32,000 nt of DNA from Coprobacillaceae bacterium (GTDB taxonomy: Bacteria > Bacillota_I > Bacilli_A > Erysipelotrichales > Coprobacillaceae), in NCBI GenBank assembly GCA_963675515.1, contig OY776328.1, forward strand, positions 1,920,001 to 1,952,000, written 5' to 3'. The notes beneath the pieces were generated by a model, which was not told the DNA's origin, ran no database searches, and was given only the letters and a program-made list of their open reading frames with translations. The position numbers and the translations under genes were made by a program. Of the stretch, positions 9,124-18,533 are shown piece after piece. The first letter of the stretch is position 1. Every line of letters starts with the position of its first letter.

Positions 9124-10304
9124 TATATTTGAGACAGTACCTGATCAAAGACCGCGATGAACTCATCGATGTTTTCATCTGTGATGACCAAAGGCGGCAA
9201 CAGTCGGATTGTGTTCAACCCGGCTGTGACCACGATGACACCTTTATCAAGAAGACCTTTCATCACCGGTTTGGCTTCACAGTCCAGCTCGATACCAACC
9301 ATCAAGCCAAGACCTCGAAGTTCCTTGATGCAAGGATATTTCACTTTCAGCTCTTCAAGTTTTTCAAACAGGTATTTTGAACGGGCATTGACATTGTCCA
9401 GGATATTTTCCTTTTCGAAAATGCCAACGACACTGACGCAGGCCGAAGTGGCGAATGGGTTACCGCCGTAAGTCGATCCGTGGTCACCTGGTTTCATCGC
9501 CTGGGCAACCTTTTCATTGGCTACGAAAGCTCCGATTGGAACACCGGCTCCAAGACCCTTGGCCAGGGTTACGATGTCCGGATAAACGCCGTAACGTTGG
9601 TAAGTCATCATCGTTCCGGTCCGGCCCATACCACATTGAACCTCATCGAAAATCAGGCAGATGTCATACTCGTCACAGATCGCCCGCAAACCTTTAAGGA
9701 ATTCAGGTGTACAGACATGGATTCCACCTTCGCCTTGGACCGGTTCGACAATGATCGCACAAGTCTGTTCATTTACCAAAGTCGTAACCGATTTGAGATC
9801 GTTGATGTCACCATAGACAACCCCGCTTATCAACGGACCAAAACCTTTGTGGTAGCTTGGGTTCCCGGTAAGGGTCACCGCTCCGGTAGACCGCCCATGG
9901 AATGAATGGCGCAATGAGATTATTTGGGAATCATCCCTGTTTGTCTTTAGATAGTAGTATTTTCTAGCCAGTTTCAATGCCCCTTCGACCGCCTCGGTAC
10001 CCGAGTTGGTGAAGAATGTCTTTGAAAGTCCGGTCGTCTTGTTTACCAGTTCCGCCGCCTTGATCGATTCGACTGTGTTGAAATAGTTCGATACGTGCAA
10101 CACCCGGTGGATCTGCTTGCACAGTGCTTCGGTATAATCGGGATGGTCATGACCTAAGGCGTTGACTCCGATTCCTGAATAGAAATCCAGGTATTTCTTG
10201 TTGTTGACATCATAAAGATAAACCCCTTTGCCATGGTCGAAGGTGATGTCAAACCGGCCATAAGCTTCAATGAACGCTTCTAAACTTCTTTGATAAAATT
10301 CCAT
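9123..10304 (-). CDS. Class-III PLP aminotransferase (ArgD-like); by context the N-acyl-LL-diaminopimelate aminotransferase
   Basis: 393 aa with SGTEAVEGALKLARKY, DEVQCGMGRTG and TLAKGLG (PLP lysine). The start lies 1 nt after the deacetylase stop, and this is the last gene of the dap operon. Confidence 0.8.
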   Translation of the reverse strand: MEFYQRSLEAFIEAYGRFDITFDHGKGVYLYDVNNKKYLDFYSGIGVNALGHDHPDYTEALCKQIHRVLHVSNYFNTVESIKAAELVNKTTGLSKTFFTNSGTEAVEGALKLARKYYYLKTNRDDSQIISLRHSFHGRSTGAVTLTGNPSYHKGFGPLISGVVYGDINDLKSVTTLVNEQTCAIIVEPVQGEGGIHVCTPEFLKGLRAICDEYDICLIFDEVQCGMGRTGTMMTYQRYGVYPDIVTLAKGLGAGVPIGAFVANEKVAQAMKPGDHGSTYGGNPFATSACVSVVGIFEKENILDNVNARSKYLFEKLEELKVKYPCIKELRGLGLMVGIELDCEAKPVMKGLLDKGVIVVTAGLNTIRLLPPLVITDENIDEFIAVFDQVLSQI

Positions 10305-10305
10305 T

Positions 10306-11439
10306 CTACAGCTCCTCTAAATTGATATTGAATAATATGTTAGCATAAAGATCGATTGCCTTGAGCAATACCGCTTCATCGAAATCGAAGGTCGCGGTAT
10401 GGAGATTCGACTGGTGAACTTCGCTTCTGGTCCCCATGAAGAAAAAGATCCCCGGCACGCGAGTCTGGTAAAATGCGAAATCCTCAGCGAGCATCATCGG
10501 CTCCTCAAGCTCAAGATAATCCTTGCCGACCAGACTTCTAAACTGGCGATAAAGGTTCCTGTCATTGATCACCGGCGGATAGCCGTCAGGCAGGCTGGTT
10601 GTGATCTTGCAGTTGTAGGTTTTCTCGAAACCGGCATTAAGAAAGAAAATCGCCTTTTTTACCTGGGCGAAGACTTCCGGATTGAAGGCCCGCAAGGTCC
10701 CTTCCATTTTTGTCTTTGCCGCCACAATATTGCGAACCGTGCCACCTTCGATCTTGCCGATGTTCAAGACGCAAGGCTCGAATGGGGGCAATTGTCTTGG
10801 CAATATCTGCTGGTATAGACCAAGCAGGTTGCCGGCGATAGAGATGGTGTCAATTCCCAGGTGGGGCAACCCGGCATGGGCCGATTTCCCCTCGATTGTC
10901 ACGTCCAGTTCGCCAGCCTGGGCCATCAAAGGGCCAGGCCGGCATCCCACAACTCCCTGATCGAGCGAAGGCATCAGATGCATCCCGAAAATCGCTTTGA
11001 CATTGTATTTCTCCAGGATGTCCTGTTCCACAATCAGACGGGCACCTCCGGGCGATTCTTCGGCCGGCTGGAATATCAGCAACACATTGTAATCCGGTTT
11101 GTTGTCGTTTTTTTTCAAGAGGGCCGCCAAACCAAGCAGCGCACTCATGTGTCCATCATGGCCGCAAGCATGCATCATCCCATCGGTTTTGGACCTGCAT
11201 TGATGGGACGGGTCTTCTTCAATTGCCAGGGCATCGATATCGCTTCTAAAGGCCACCGTCTTTGCGGCATTGTTGTCGATATAAACGAGTATCCCGGTAT
11301 CTAATACCGGGATAGTCTCATAGCCCATTTTTTCCAGCTGGTCTTTCAAATAAGCACTGGTTCGATACTCTTGAAGACCAACTTCAGGAATCTCATGAAG
11401 ATCTTGCCGCCAAGTTTTCACTTGGGCAAATTCGATCAT
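10306..11439 (-). CDS. dapL: M20-family amidohydrolase, probable N-acetyldiaminopimelate deacetylase
   Basis: 377 aa with the HACGHDGH metal motif. Its ATG shares one nucleotide with the dapH stop (TAATG). The specific function is inferred from operon context. Confidence 0.75.
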   Translation of the reverse strand: MIEFAQVKTWRQDLHEIPEVGLQEYRTSAYLKDQLEKMGYETIPVLDTGILVYIDNNAAKTVAFRSDIDALAIEEDPSHQCRSKTDGMMHACGHDGHMSALLGLAALLKKNDNKPDYNVLLIFQPAEESPGGARLIVEQDILEKYNVKAIFGMHLMPSLDQGVVGCRPGPLMAQAGELDVTIEGKSAHAGLPHLGIDTISIAGNLLGLYQQILPRQLPPFEPCVLNIGKIEGGTVRNIVAAKTKMEGTLRAFNPEVFAQVKKAIFFLNAGFEKTYNCKITTSLPDGYPPVINDRNLYRQFRSLVGKDYLELEEPMMLAEDFAFYQTRVPGIFFFMGTRSEVHQSNLHTATFDFDEAVLLKAIDLYANILFNINLEEL

Positions 11440-12140
11440 TATAATTTCCTTAAATCATCCATCAGCTGAGTTTTTTCTTCAGTTGAGGCATCTTTTTGTT
11501 CCTTCATGATCCGAGCCGGATTGCCAACGACAACCGCCCCGGCAGGCACATCCTTGGTCACGATTGTCCCGGCTCCGACAACGGCACCTTTGCCGATTCT
11601 TACACCTTCGATCACGACTGCGTTGGCCCCGATGACAACATCATCTTCAACGATGACCGGAGAAGCACTAGGAGGTTCGATGACACCGGCCAAGACAGCT
11701 CCAGCCCCGATATGGCAGTTCTTACCAACGGTAGCCCGGCCACCTAGAATCGCGCCCATGTCGATCATTGTCCCATCACCGATGACAGCACCGATATTGA
11801 TAACCGCACCCATCATGATGACAGCATTGTTGCCGATTGTAACTTTGTCGCGGATGAATGAACCCGGTTCGATGCGGGCATTGATATTGCGGGTGTCCAG
11901 CAGCGGGATTGCCGAATTGCGGCGGTCATATTCATAGTAGACATCTTCAACTTGATCCTGGTTGTCCTCAAGATATTTTTCCACCAATTTCAAGTCCCCG
12001 ATGATCACTCGGCTTTTTTTGCTTCCAAACACCTTCAATCCCTCGGCCTTTGGCAAGTCTTTCCCATTGACATATGCTTTAACTGGCGTGGTTTTCACCG
12101 CATCGCCAATATACTTGATTATTTCTTGCGCGCTTTCCAT
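11439..12140 (-). CDS. dapH: 2,3,4,5-tetrahydropyridine-2,6-dicarboxylate N-acetyltransferase
   Basis: It closely resembles Bacillus DapH (NSAIPLLD...ARIEPG..IRD...[26 protein letters not shown]...[15 protein letters not shown] hexapeptide repeats). The start MESAQEII at 12140 follows a GGAGG RBS. The upstream 17 codons of the tracked ORF overlap dapF and are unlikely to be translated. Confidence 0.9.
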   Translation of the reverse strand: MESAQEIIKYIGDAVKTTPVKAYVNGKDLPKAEGLKVFGSKKSRVIIGDLKLVEKYLEDNQDQVEDVYYEYDRRNSAIPLLDTRNINARIEPGSFIRDKVTIGNNAVIMMGAVINIGAVIGDGTMIDMGAILGGRATVGKNCHIGAGAVLAGVIEPPSASPVIVEDDVVIGANAVVIEGVRIGKGAVVGAGTIVTKDVPAGAVVVGNPARIMKEQKDASTEEKTQLMDDLRKL

Positions 12141-12150
12141 TTTTTTCCTC

Positions 12151-12987
12151 CTAAAATTCAACCGTTCCTTCAAATACGGTTGTCGCATCACCCGTCATGA
12201 ATATATGACCGGTATTTTTGTCGTACTCGATTTTCAAGGTCCCTCCAAGAAGCTCGACATCGACAACTTCGTCAACGTAGCCGTTCAAATAAGCGGCGTA
12301 CATAACCGCGCAGGCTCCGGTGCCACAAGCGAGAGTTTCGTGTGAACCTCTTTCCCAGACCCGCATTTTCAATTTGGATCTGGAAACGACTTGGACAAAC
12401 TCGGCATTGACTGATTCCGGGAACATCGGATTGTTTTCAAATTCCGGTCCCACTTTTTCCAGATCAAAATCAAGACTGCCTACAAACGTTACGACATGGG
12501 GATTGCCCATCGAGATGGCGGTAAGGCCATAAACATTGTCACCGATTTTGACATGTTCGTCGATCATTTCCTCTTCCTGGCAGATCACCGGAATTTTCGA
12601 ACAGGTCAGGACCGGTTTTTGCATGTCGACTCTGGCCCCGATGACGATGCCATCATCCATGATCAGATCGACTTCCCTTATTCCCGCCCCGGTTTCGATA
12701 ACCAGATGGGTCTTGTCGGTAAGTTTATGATCGTAGCAGAATTTTGCGAAACAGCGGATGCCGTTGCCACACATCCTTCCCATTGATCCGTCAGCGTTGT
12801 ACATTTCCATCAAAAAATCACAGTCACTTGAAGGTCGAATAATGATCACACCATCGCTTCCGATACCAAAATGACGTTTTGATATCTTTTTGATGACGTT
12901 CTCGTTGATTGAAAAGTCCTGGTTGATCCCATCGATATAGATATAATCATTCCCAATCCCTTCCATCTTTGTGAATTTAATTTGCAT
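12151..12987 (-). CDS. dapF: Diaminopimelate epimerase
   Basis: 278 aa. The N-terminus is [15 protein letters not shown], and both catalytic cysteines are present ([16 protein letters not shown]). Confidence 0.92.
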   Translation of the reverse strand: MQIKFTKMEGIGNDYIYIDGINQDFSINENVIKKISKRHFGIGSDGVIIIRPSSDCDFLMEMYNADGSMGRMCGNGIRCFAKFCYDHKLTDKTHLVIETGAGIREVDLIMDDGIVIGARVDMQKPVLTCSKIPVICQEEEMIDEHVKIGDNVYGLTAISMGNPHVVTFVGSLDFDLEKVGPEFENNPMFPESVNAEFVQVVSRSKLKMRVWERGSHETLACGTGACAVMYAAYLNGYVDEVVDVELLGGTLKIEYDKNTGHIFMTGDATTVFEGTVEF

Positions 12988-13038
12988 ACAATCTTCCTCC
13001 AGTGACTAAATATTATCAAATTAAGTGAATGTTTTCAA

Positions 13039-15027
13039 CTATTTTATTAGCCGGCGGTACTCCAAATAATCCATCGTGAAAAATCCTTCCGCCTGGGTCA
13101 GGGTTTTAAGATCCACCGCATACTCGCTGATAAGCCGAAGCGGCGCTGTCGCCTTGATCAAGATCAGGTTGTCTTCCAGGGAATCAGTGGCTTCGATAAG
13201 CGCCTTGCGCCCCTGAAGATCGGACATCACGTCGCCTAGATAGTTTTCTTCCACGTAAACTTTCATCTGGTAATACGGCTCGAGAACATAAGGTTTGAGT
13301 TTGGCCAATGCCTCCTTGAGGCAGTTGAAGCTTGCTGTCTTGAAGGCCATCTCGCTTGAATCGACCGAGTGATATTTCCCGTCGACCAGAACCGCATTGA
13401 CCCCGACGAGCATGTAGTTTTCAATCGGCCCCTTGACACAGGCCTCATTGAGCCCTTTTTCAACGGCCGAGAAGTAGGTTTTTGGGATCGCTCCGCCGAC
13501 CACTTTCTCTTTGAATATTACCGGAGTGTCAAAATCATCATTTGGCGAGAATTCGATTTCCACTTCGGCGAACTGGCCATGGCCGCCCGATTGTTTCTTG
13601 AAGCGGTGGCGATGGCTCGCAGAACCGTCGATGGTCGAGCGATATGGGATTACCAGATCCTCGAATTCGATATCCACCTTGAAACGGTCGGCGAGATGTT
13701 CCTTGAGCGTGTCAAGATGCACCTTGCCTAGACCTGACAGGCAAAGCTGGCTGGTCTCGTTGTCGAACTTGTAATTGAGGGTAAGATCCTCTTCGAGCAG
13801 CTTGGTGATCGCCGCATTGAATTTGTCTTCGTTGGAAAGGGTTTTTACCCCCTTGATGTAGTTTGGATTGCGGTAGATTATATGGGGATGATCGATGAAC
13901 TTGTCCCCTTGGGACAGGGTGTCATTGGTGTCGCTGGTGATCTTGTTGAGAATCCCCACATCACCGGCATGGATCTCGCTGACTTCCTCGATTCCCTTGC
14001 CTTTGTTTATGAAGATCTTGTTGATCTTCTCTTCACCCTGGTCGATATGGTTGATCAAGACTTGTCCCGGTCTGGCAACTCCGGCCAGGACCTTGAAGTA
14101 TGACAGTTTTCCCAGATACGGGTCATACTTGGTCTTGTAGATGTAAAGGCTGGTCGGTTTGGAATCGTCATAGTCAATCAGATCCTCACCGACAATCAGA
14201 TGATTCGAATAATCATCGATCCGGGTGAAGAAGGCTACCATCGAATTAAGGACAATCGATATCCCGATCTTGTCGGTCCCGCAAAGCACCGGAATGATTG
14301 TCTTTTCCATAACCCCTTTGCGCAGGGCATCCGAGATTTCCTCCTTGGTGAAGTCATCGTCAGAAAAGTACTTTTCAAGCAGCTCATCCGAGGTGTTGCC
14401 TACGGCCTCGTCGATCATGTCCTTGATTTCCAGGACCTCATCGAGCATTTCTTCAGGAATCGGGGCTTCAATGGTATGGTCACCGTCGAACATCCGCCCT
14501 TCCATCTTTGCCACATTGACATATCCGACCATGACATTATCTTCCATTATCGGCACCTGGATCGGCGCGATATCCTTGCCAAAGGTCGCCTTCAAAGCCG
14601 CCAACTTATCCTTGTAGGAATAGTTTTCATTGTCGAGATGCGAAACGTAAATAATCTTCGGCAGATTCTTGGCCTTGTTCATCGCCTTTTTCAATCCGAC
14701 ATTGACAGTAGGCTGGGCCGTGGTGACAATCAGGGCGTTTTCACAGACGTTTATCGCCGAATCGACATCGCCCTCGAAATCGAAGTAGCCTGGAGTGTCG
14801 AAGATGTTGAGCTTCACATCGTTCCACTCGATCGCTATGGTCTTGAGACTGTTTGTTGCGAGATGGTCGATTTCCAAAGGATCTGTATCTAAAATCGTAT
14901 TCCCCTTCAGGACGCTGCCTGGATGGTCGATCAGCTTGGCCCGATAGGCCATGTTTTCGATTATGCTTGTTTTTCCAGAACCGCTATGCCCCAATACAAC
15001 AACATTTGTGATATTTTTAGAATTCAT
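13039..15027 (-). CDS. Elongation factor G family protein (EF-G paralogue with a divergent G domain)
   Basis: 662 aa. It has the P-loop GHSGSGKT, DTPG, and EF-G-like domains II-V (e.g. GGHGQFAEV, GGAIPKTYF). DTPGYFDF replaces DTPGHxDF and SHLD replaces NKxD. Confidence 0.82.
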   Translation of the reverse strand: MNSKNITNVVVLGHSGSGKTSIIENMAYRAKLIDHPGSVLKGNTILDTDPLEIDHLATNSLKTIAIEWNDVKLNIFDTPGYFDFEGDVDSAINVCENALIVTTAQPTVNVGLKKAMNKAKNLPKIIYVSHLDNENYSYKDKLAALKATFGKDIAPIQVPIMEDNVMVGYVNVAKMEGRMFDGDHTIEAPIPEEMLDEVLEIKDMIDEAVGNTSDELLEKYFSDDDFTKEEISDALRKGVMEKTIIPVLCGTDKIGISIVLNSMVAFFTRIDDYSNHLIVGEDLIDYDDSKPTSLYIYKTKYDPYLGKLSYFKVLAGVARPGQVLINHIDQGEEKINKIFINKGKGIEEVSEIHAGDVGILNKITSDTNDTLSQGDKFIDHPHIIYRNPNYIKGVKTLSNEDKFNAAITKLLEEDLTLNYKFDNETSQLCLSGLGKVHLDTLKEHLADRFKVDIEFEDLVIPYRSTIDGSASHRHRFKKQSGGHGQFAEVEIEFSPNDDFDTPVIFKEKVVGGAIPKTYFSAVEKGLNEACVKGPIENYMLVGVNAVLVDGKYHSVDSSEMAFKTASFNCLKEALAKLKPYVLEPYYQMKVYVEENYLGDVMSDLQGRKALIEATDSLEDNLILIKATAPLRLISEYAVDLKTLTQAEGFFTMDYLEYRRLIK

Positions 15028-15058
15028 AACAAAATCCTCCTTGATTTTCTATATCTCC

Positions 15059-15077
15059 ATTCTACCACATATTGTGG
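15059..15077 (-). promoter_or_regulatory. Candidate extended -10 promoter (TGGTAGAAT) for the EF-G-like gene, overlapping a small palindrome
   Basis: The minus strand reads ...CCACAATATGTGGTAGAATGG... about 30 nt upstream of the GGAGG RBS. CCACA-N3-TGTGG is an inverted repeat. Confidence 0.35.
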
Positions 15078-15130
15078 ACAATACATAGCAATAATGTAAG
15101 GGTATACACCACTGAAAATCATTTTTTTGG

Positions 15131-15165
15131 AAACAACAAAAAGAGCCAACCGCAAGGGCTGACTC
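15131..15165 (-). terminator. Rho-independent terminator after the ABC-F gene
   Basis: The minus strand reads GAGTCAGCC-CTTGC-GGTTGGCTC (9-bp stem with two G-U pairs) followed by TTTTTGTTGTTT. Confidence 0.6.
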
Positions 15166-15173
15166 AATCAAGC

Positions 15174-16775
15174 TTATTTCTTTTTTTGTTGGTCTTTGTA
15201 ATCGAGGTATTCGTCGAAAGTTCCAAGACGGTCAAGGATTCCTTCTTCGTTGAACTCAATGACACGGTTAGCGATAGTTTGGACGAACTGATGATCGTGT
15301 GAAGTGAAAAGCATGTTTTCCTTGAAGCGGATCAGCCCTTCATTCAAGGCTTGGATGCTTTCCAAGTCCAAGTGGTTGGTCGGCTCATCGAGAATGATGA
15401 CATTTGATTCGCTCATCATCATCTTTGCGAGCATGCAGCGCACCTTCTCTCCTCCAGAAAGGACATTGGCTTTTTTCAAAGCCTCGTCACCTCTAAAAAG
15501 CATCCTTCCCAGCCAGCCACGCAGGTCCTGTTCATACATGTCCTTGTTGGCGAACTGACGTAGCCAGTCGATCAGGGTAAGATCGCTGTCGTTGAAGTAT
15601 TTCGAGTTGTCTTTAGGGAAATATGACTGTGAAGTCGTAACACCCCAGTTGAAAGATCCTTCAAAATCAGTATCCTCACCTGTGATGATCTTGAAAAATG
15701 CGGTTGTCGCTTTTTCGTCACCGACAAATGCCACTTTCTCTTTTGGATTGATCGAGAAAGAAACATTGTTGATGATGGTCTGACCGTCTTCAACCTTGGT
15801 CAGATTCTCAACATTCAGGATGATGTTTCCAACTTCGCGTTCCGCTTTGAACTCGATAAAAGGATAACGGCGCAGTGATGGTTTATATTCGACAACTTCT
15901 AGGTTGTCCAACAATTTCTTTCTTGAAGTCGCCTGCTTGGCTTTTGAAGCGTTGGCCGAGAAACGGGCGATGAAATCTTCCAATTCCTTTTTCTTGGCTT
16001 CAGCCTTCTTGTTTATTTCCTTGGCCTGAGCTGCCTGCATCTGCATGTACTCATACCAGAAATCGTAGTTACCCACATAAAGCTGGATTTTCGAATAGTC
16101 GATATCCGCGATATGGGTACATACCTTGTTCAGGAAGTGGCGGTCATGGGATACGACGATTACCGTATTTTGGAAGTTAAGCAGGTAGTTTTCCAGCCAA
16201 CGGATGCTGTCAATATCCAAGTGGTTGGTCGGTTCATCGAGCAACAGGATATCCGGATTTCCAAACAGGGCCTGAGCCAGCAGGACTTTCACCTTTTGAG
16301 ACCCATCAAGGTCTTTCATCTTCATGTAATGGTATTCGCTGGTGATTCCCAAACCATTAAGCAGGATTTCGGCATCGACTTCGGCATTCCACCCGTCCAT
16401 CTCCGCAAACTCACCTTCAAGTTCGGCCAATTTGATTCCATCTTCATCGGTGAAATCAGCTTTGGCATATAATACTTCCTTTTGTTCCATAATATCATAA
16501 AGGGTTTTATTCCCCATGATAACGGTCTTGACTACTTCAAACTCATCATAAGCGAAATGGTCCTGTTTCAAGAATGACAATCGTTTACCGGCCTCGATGA
16601 CAACATCACCTTTGTTCGGTTCAATTTCGCCTGATAATATTTTCAAGAATGTCGATTTTCCCGCACCATTGGCACCAATGATCCCATAGCAGTTACCTGC
16701 CGTGAATTTCACTGATACGTTTTCAAATAATGCCCGATCTCCATATCTAAGTGTTACGTTTTGTGTTAATATCAT
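15174..16775 (-). CDS. ABC-F family ATPase (YkpA-like translation factor type; no membrane domain)
   Basis: 533 aa with two NBDs (GANGAGKST, LSGSQK/LLLDEPTNHLD; LSGGEK/ILDEPTNHLD) joined by a charged linker (KKAEAKKKELEDFIARFSANASKAKQATSRKK). Confidence 0.9.
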   Translation of the reverse strand: MILTQNVTLRYGDRALFENVSVKFTAGNCYGIIGANGAGKSTFLKILSGEIEPNKGDVVIEAGKRLSFLKQDHFAYDEFEVVKTVIMGNKTLYDIMEQKEVLYAKADFTDEDGIKLAELEGEFAEMDGWNAEVDAEILLNGLGITSEYHYMKMKDLDGSQKVKVLLAQALFGNPDILLLDEPTNHLDIDSIRWLENYLLNFQNTVIVVSHDRHFLNKVCTHIADIDYSKIQLYVGNYDFWYEYMQMQAAQAKEINKKAEAKKKELEDFIARFSANASKAKQATSRKKLLDNLEVVEYKPSLRRYPFIEFKAEREVGNIILNVENLTKVEDGQTIINNVSFSINPKEKVAFVGDEKATTAFFKIITGEDTDFEGSFNWGVTTSQSYFPKDNSKYFNDSDLTLIDWLRQFANKDMYEQDLRGWLGRMLFRGDEALKKANVLSGGEKVRCMLAKMMMSESNVIILDEPTNHLDLESIQALNEGLIRFKENMLFTSHDHQFVQTIANRVIEFNEEGILDRLGTFDEYLDYKDQQKKK

Positions 16776-17081
16776 TAATTATCTCCTTAAGCAATTATAT
16801 TCTAAGGTATTATTACATAAATAACTGATAAAATCAAAATAAATTAATAATTTTGACACCAATTATTGCAAAATAACCCAGCATACGAATTGCCTTAAAA
16901 GATAAGAAATACAGCCAAATAATCTGCACAGCGAAATATTTGAATAGTCATTATTCATCCCGAAATTGTAAGAAGTTGAAATTATCAAGATAGATTCAAC
17001 GAAATTGTCATCAGTAGGGTTTAATACTCTTCAACAAACTTGTGTTACGGTAAAATAAATGAATTTTATTCCAAAAAAACC

Positions 17082-17110
17082 TTTACAAGGGTGAAGAAGC
17101 ATGTTAATAT
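17082..17110 (+). promoter_or_regulatory. Candidate sigma-A promoter for the tRNA pair
   Basis: TTTACA, a 17-nt spacer, then TAATAT, ending about 20 nt before the tRNA-Glu 5' end. Confidence 0.45.
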
Positions 17111-17129
17111 TTATGGGCACTTGAAATTT

Positions 17130-17205
17130 GGCCCGTTGGAGAAACGGTTAACTCACATGCCTTTCACGCATGCATTCACGGGTTCGAATCCCGTACGGGT
17201 CACCA
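17130..17205 (+). tRNA. tRNA-Glu (anticodon UUC), CCA encoded
   Basis: Acceptor stem GGCCCGT/ACGGGTC. Anticodon arm CATGC-CTTTCAC-GCATG. T arm CGGGTTCGAATCCCG. It is near-identical in its arms to Bacillus tRNA-Glu as I recall it. Confidence 0.93.
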
Positions 17206-17213
17206 ATTAAAAT

Positions 17214-17287
17214 AGGGGCGTAGTTCAATGGTAGAATACCGGTCTCCAAAACCGTTGATGCGGGTTCAACTCCTGCCGCCCCTGCCA
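17214..17287 (+). tRNA. tRNA-Trp (anticodon CCA), CCA encoded
   Basis: Acceptor stem AGGGGCG/CGCCCCT. Anticodon loop CTCCAAA. T arm GCGGGTTCAACTCCTGC. The 3' end is GCCA. Confidence 0.93.
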
Positions 17288-17412
17288 TTTGATAAATTAT
17301 CCGCTAATTAAGCGGTTTTTTTGTGCTTTCAAAAAGTCATCCAGCGGCAAATAAGCCAAACTTTTAGACATTCAAGTAAAAATGCAATAATTTCAGATGA
17401 TAAAGTCGAACC
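17283..17412 (+). repeat. Junction repeat copy T: the tRNA-Trp 3' end plus downstream flank (att-like core TGCCATTTGATAAAT at 17283-17297)
   Basis: The 15-nt core recurs perfectly at 22371, 24465 and 31520 in the same orientation. The next 75-150 nt are recognisably homologous in all copies. Confidence 0.85.
17301..17322 (+). terminator. Rho-independent terminator of the tRNA operon
   Basis: CCGCT-AATTA-AGCGG followed by TTTTTTT. Degenerate versions of this hairpin occur in the other three junction copies. Confidence 0.6.
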
Positions 17413-17462
17413 TTTTTAATGCGATGAAGGTTCGACTCTTAACTCTCCTTGAACACAAATAG

Positions 17463-18533
17463 TTATCTCTGCAATCTAGAAAATTTAACATCATTTATAT
17501 ACATTCCATACAACTCATTGCTATCAATCATTGTCAGCAAATCCTGTTTTTTAACGTAAACTCGCACACCAATCCCGGAGACACCATTCTCCATCGCATC
17601 CTCATACCGTGCAGATAAATCCTCATACATTTTTGCCGCACTATTACCACTGTAATCATATGAAAAATACGAATACATCAAATAGAGAAAATCTTTATGA
17701 TCCAGGAGCAGTTTCATTCTGGAAAGATAACTTTGCACTATGTCACTAGCTTTATATTCATTAAAATATAACCCAGGATATTTATTGCTGAATTCTTCGT
17801 TCAAGTCATAGCGAATTGTGTCAGAAAGAGAAATTCCAGTTGCAATATCCGTTCCCTGATCCACTCCTGTAGCCAACCAAACGAATCTAGAACCATTATA
17901 ATTATTTACAAAATCAATTACCTCTTCGACCGATATTGTATTTGCAAAGCTCAAAGAGACGTCTAAAATAGCTGATTCAGGCAATTCTTCAATATCGGCA
18001 AGGTTATAAGCAGTCTGCCATTGAACAAAATTTTCTATTGAATCATCATAATATTCCCCGTAAACCCTACTAAATATATGATCATAAGAACTGTCGATTT
18101 CCAAGGACGAACGATTAATAGTCAGAGTAGTGTTGGGAATTCCATCGACAGTTAAAAATGAAAAAGATGGCTGCATTTTTGCATTAATTGTATAGTTCCC
18201 AAATCCAAGATTGTTATAATCAATCCCATCATAAAAGACGCCCGGGAAATACATACTAAGAAATATCCCAGTCAGCATATTAAAGCCGTTTATCCCTTCA
18301 TCGGGAATTACCAATCCTGTTTCATCCTCAGGATTATAATTTACGAGGTTTAGACCATAAGAAGTCCCAAAAAAGCCTGCCGATAAAATTATGGAAATGA
18401 TCAACATAACTGCAATAACCCGGATATAAATGCGACGATTAATTCGTCGATTTATTTTTTTTTCAATCTCTTTAAACTCATTATCATCCAAATCTTCATG
18501 CTCGAACAATTCGTTGAACTCTTCATCATTCAT
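17463..18533 (-). CDS. Putative anti-sigma factor (single-pass membrane protein with a large extracytoplasmic domain)
   Basis: 356 aa with an acidic N-terminus, one TM helix (IRVIAVMLIISIILSAGFFG) and a C-terminal domain of about 290 aa. Its ATG overlaps the stop of the upstream ECF sigma gene by 8 nt (ATGAATGA). Confidence 0.6.
   Translation of the reverse strand: MNDEEFNELFEHEDLDDNEFKEIEKKINRRINRRIYIRVIAVMLIISIILSAGFFGTSYGLNLVNYNPEDETGLVIPDEGINGFNMLTGIFLSMYFPGVFYDGIDYNNLGFGNYTINAKMQPSFSFLTVDGIPNTTLTINRSSLEIDSSYDHIFSRVYGEYYDDSIENFVQWQTAYNLADIEELPESAILDVSLSFANTISVEEVIDFVNNYNGSRFVWLATGVDQGTDIATGISLSDTIRYDLNEEFSNKYPGLYFNEYKASDIVQSYLSRMKLLLDHKDFLYLMYSYFSYDYSGNSAAKMYEDLSARYEDAMENGVSGIGVRVYVKKQDLLTMIDSNELYGMYINDVKFSRLQR

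Noticed and set aside
15174-16775. The degenerate Walker A in the second NBD of the ABC-F protein (VGDEKATTAFF, no GK[ST]).
   Set aside because: As far as I recall, Bacillus YkpA-type ABC-F proteins have the same degenerate site (GRNELAVTT-like). This looks like a family trait rather than a novelty, and it should be confirmed by alignment.
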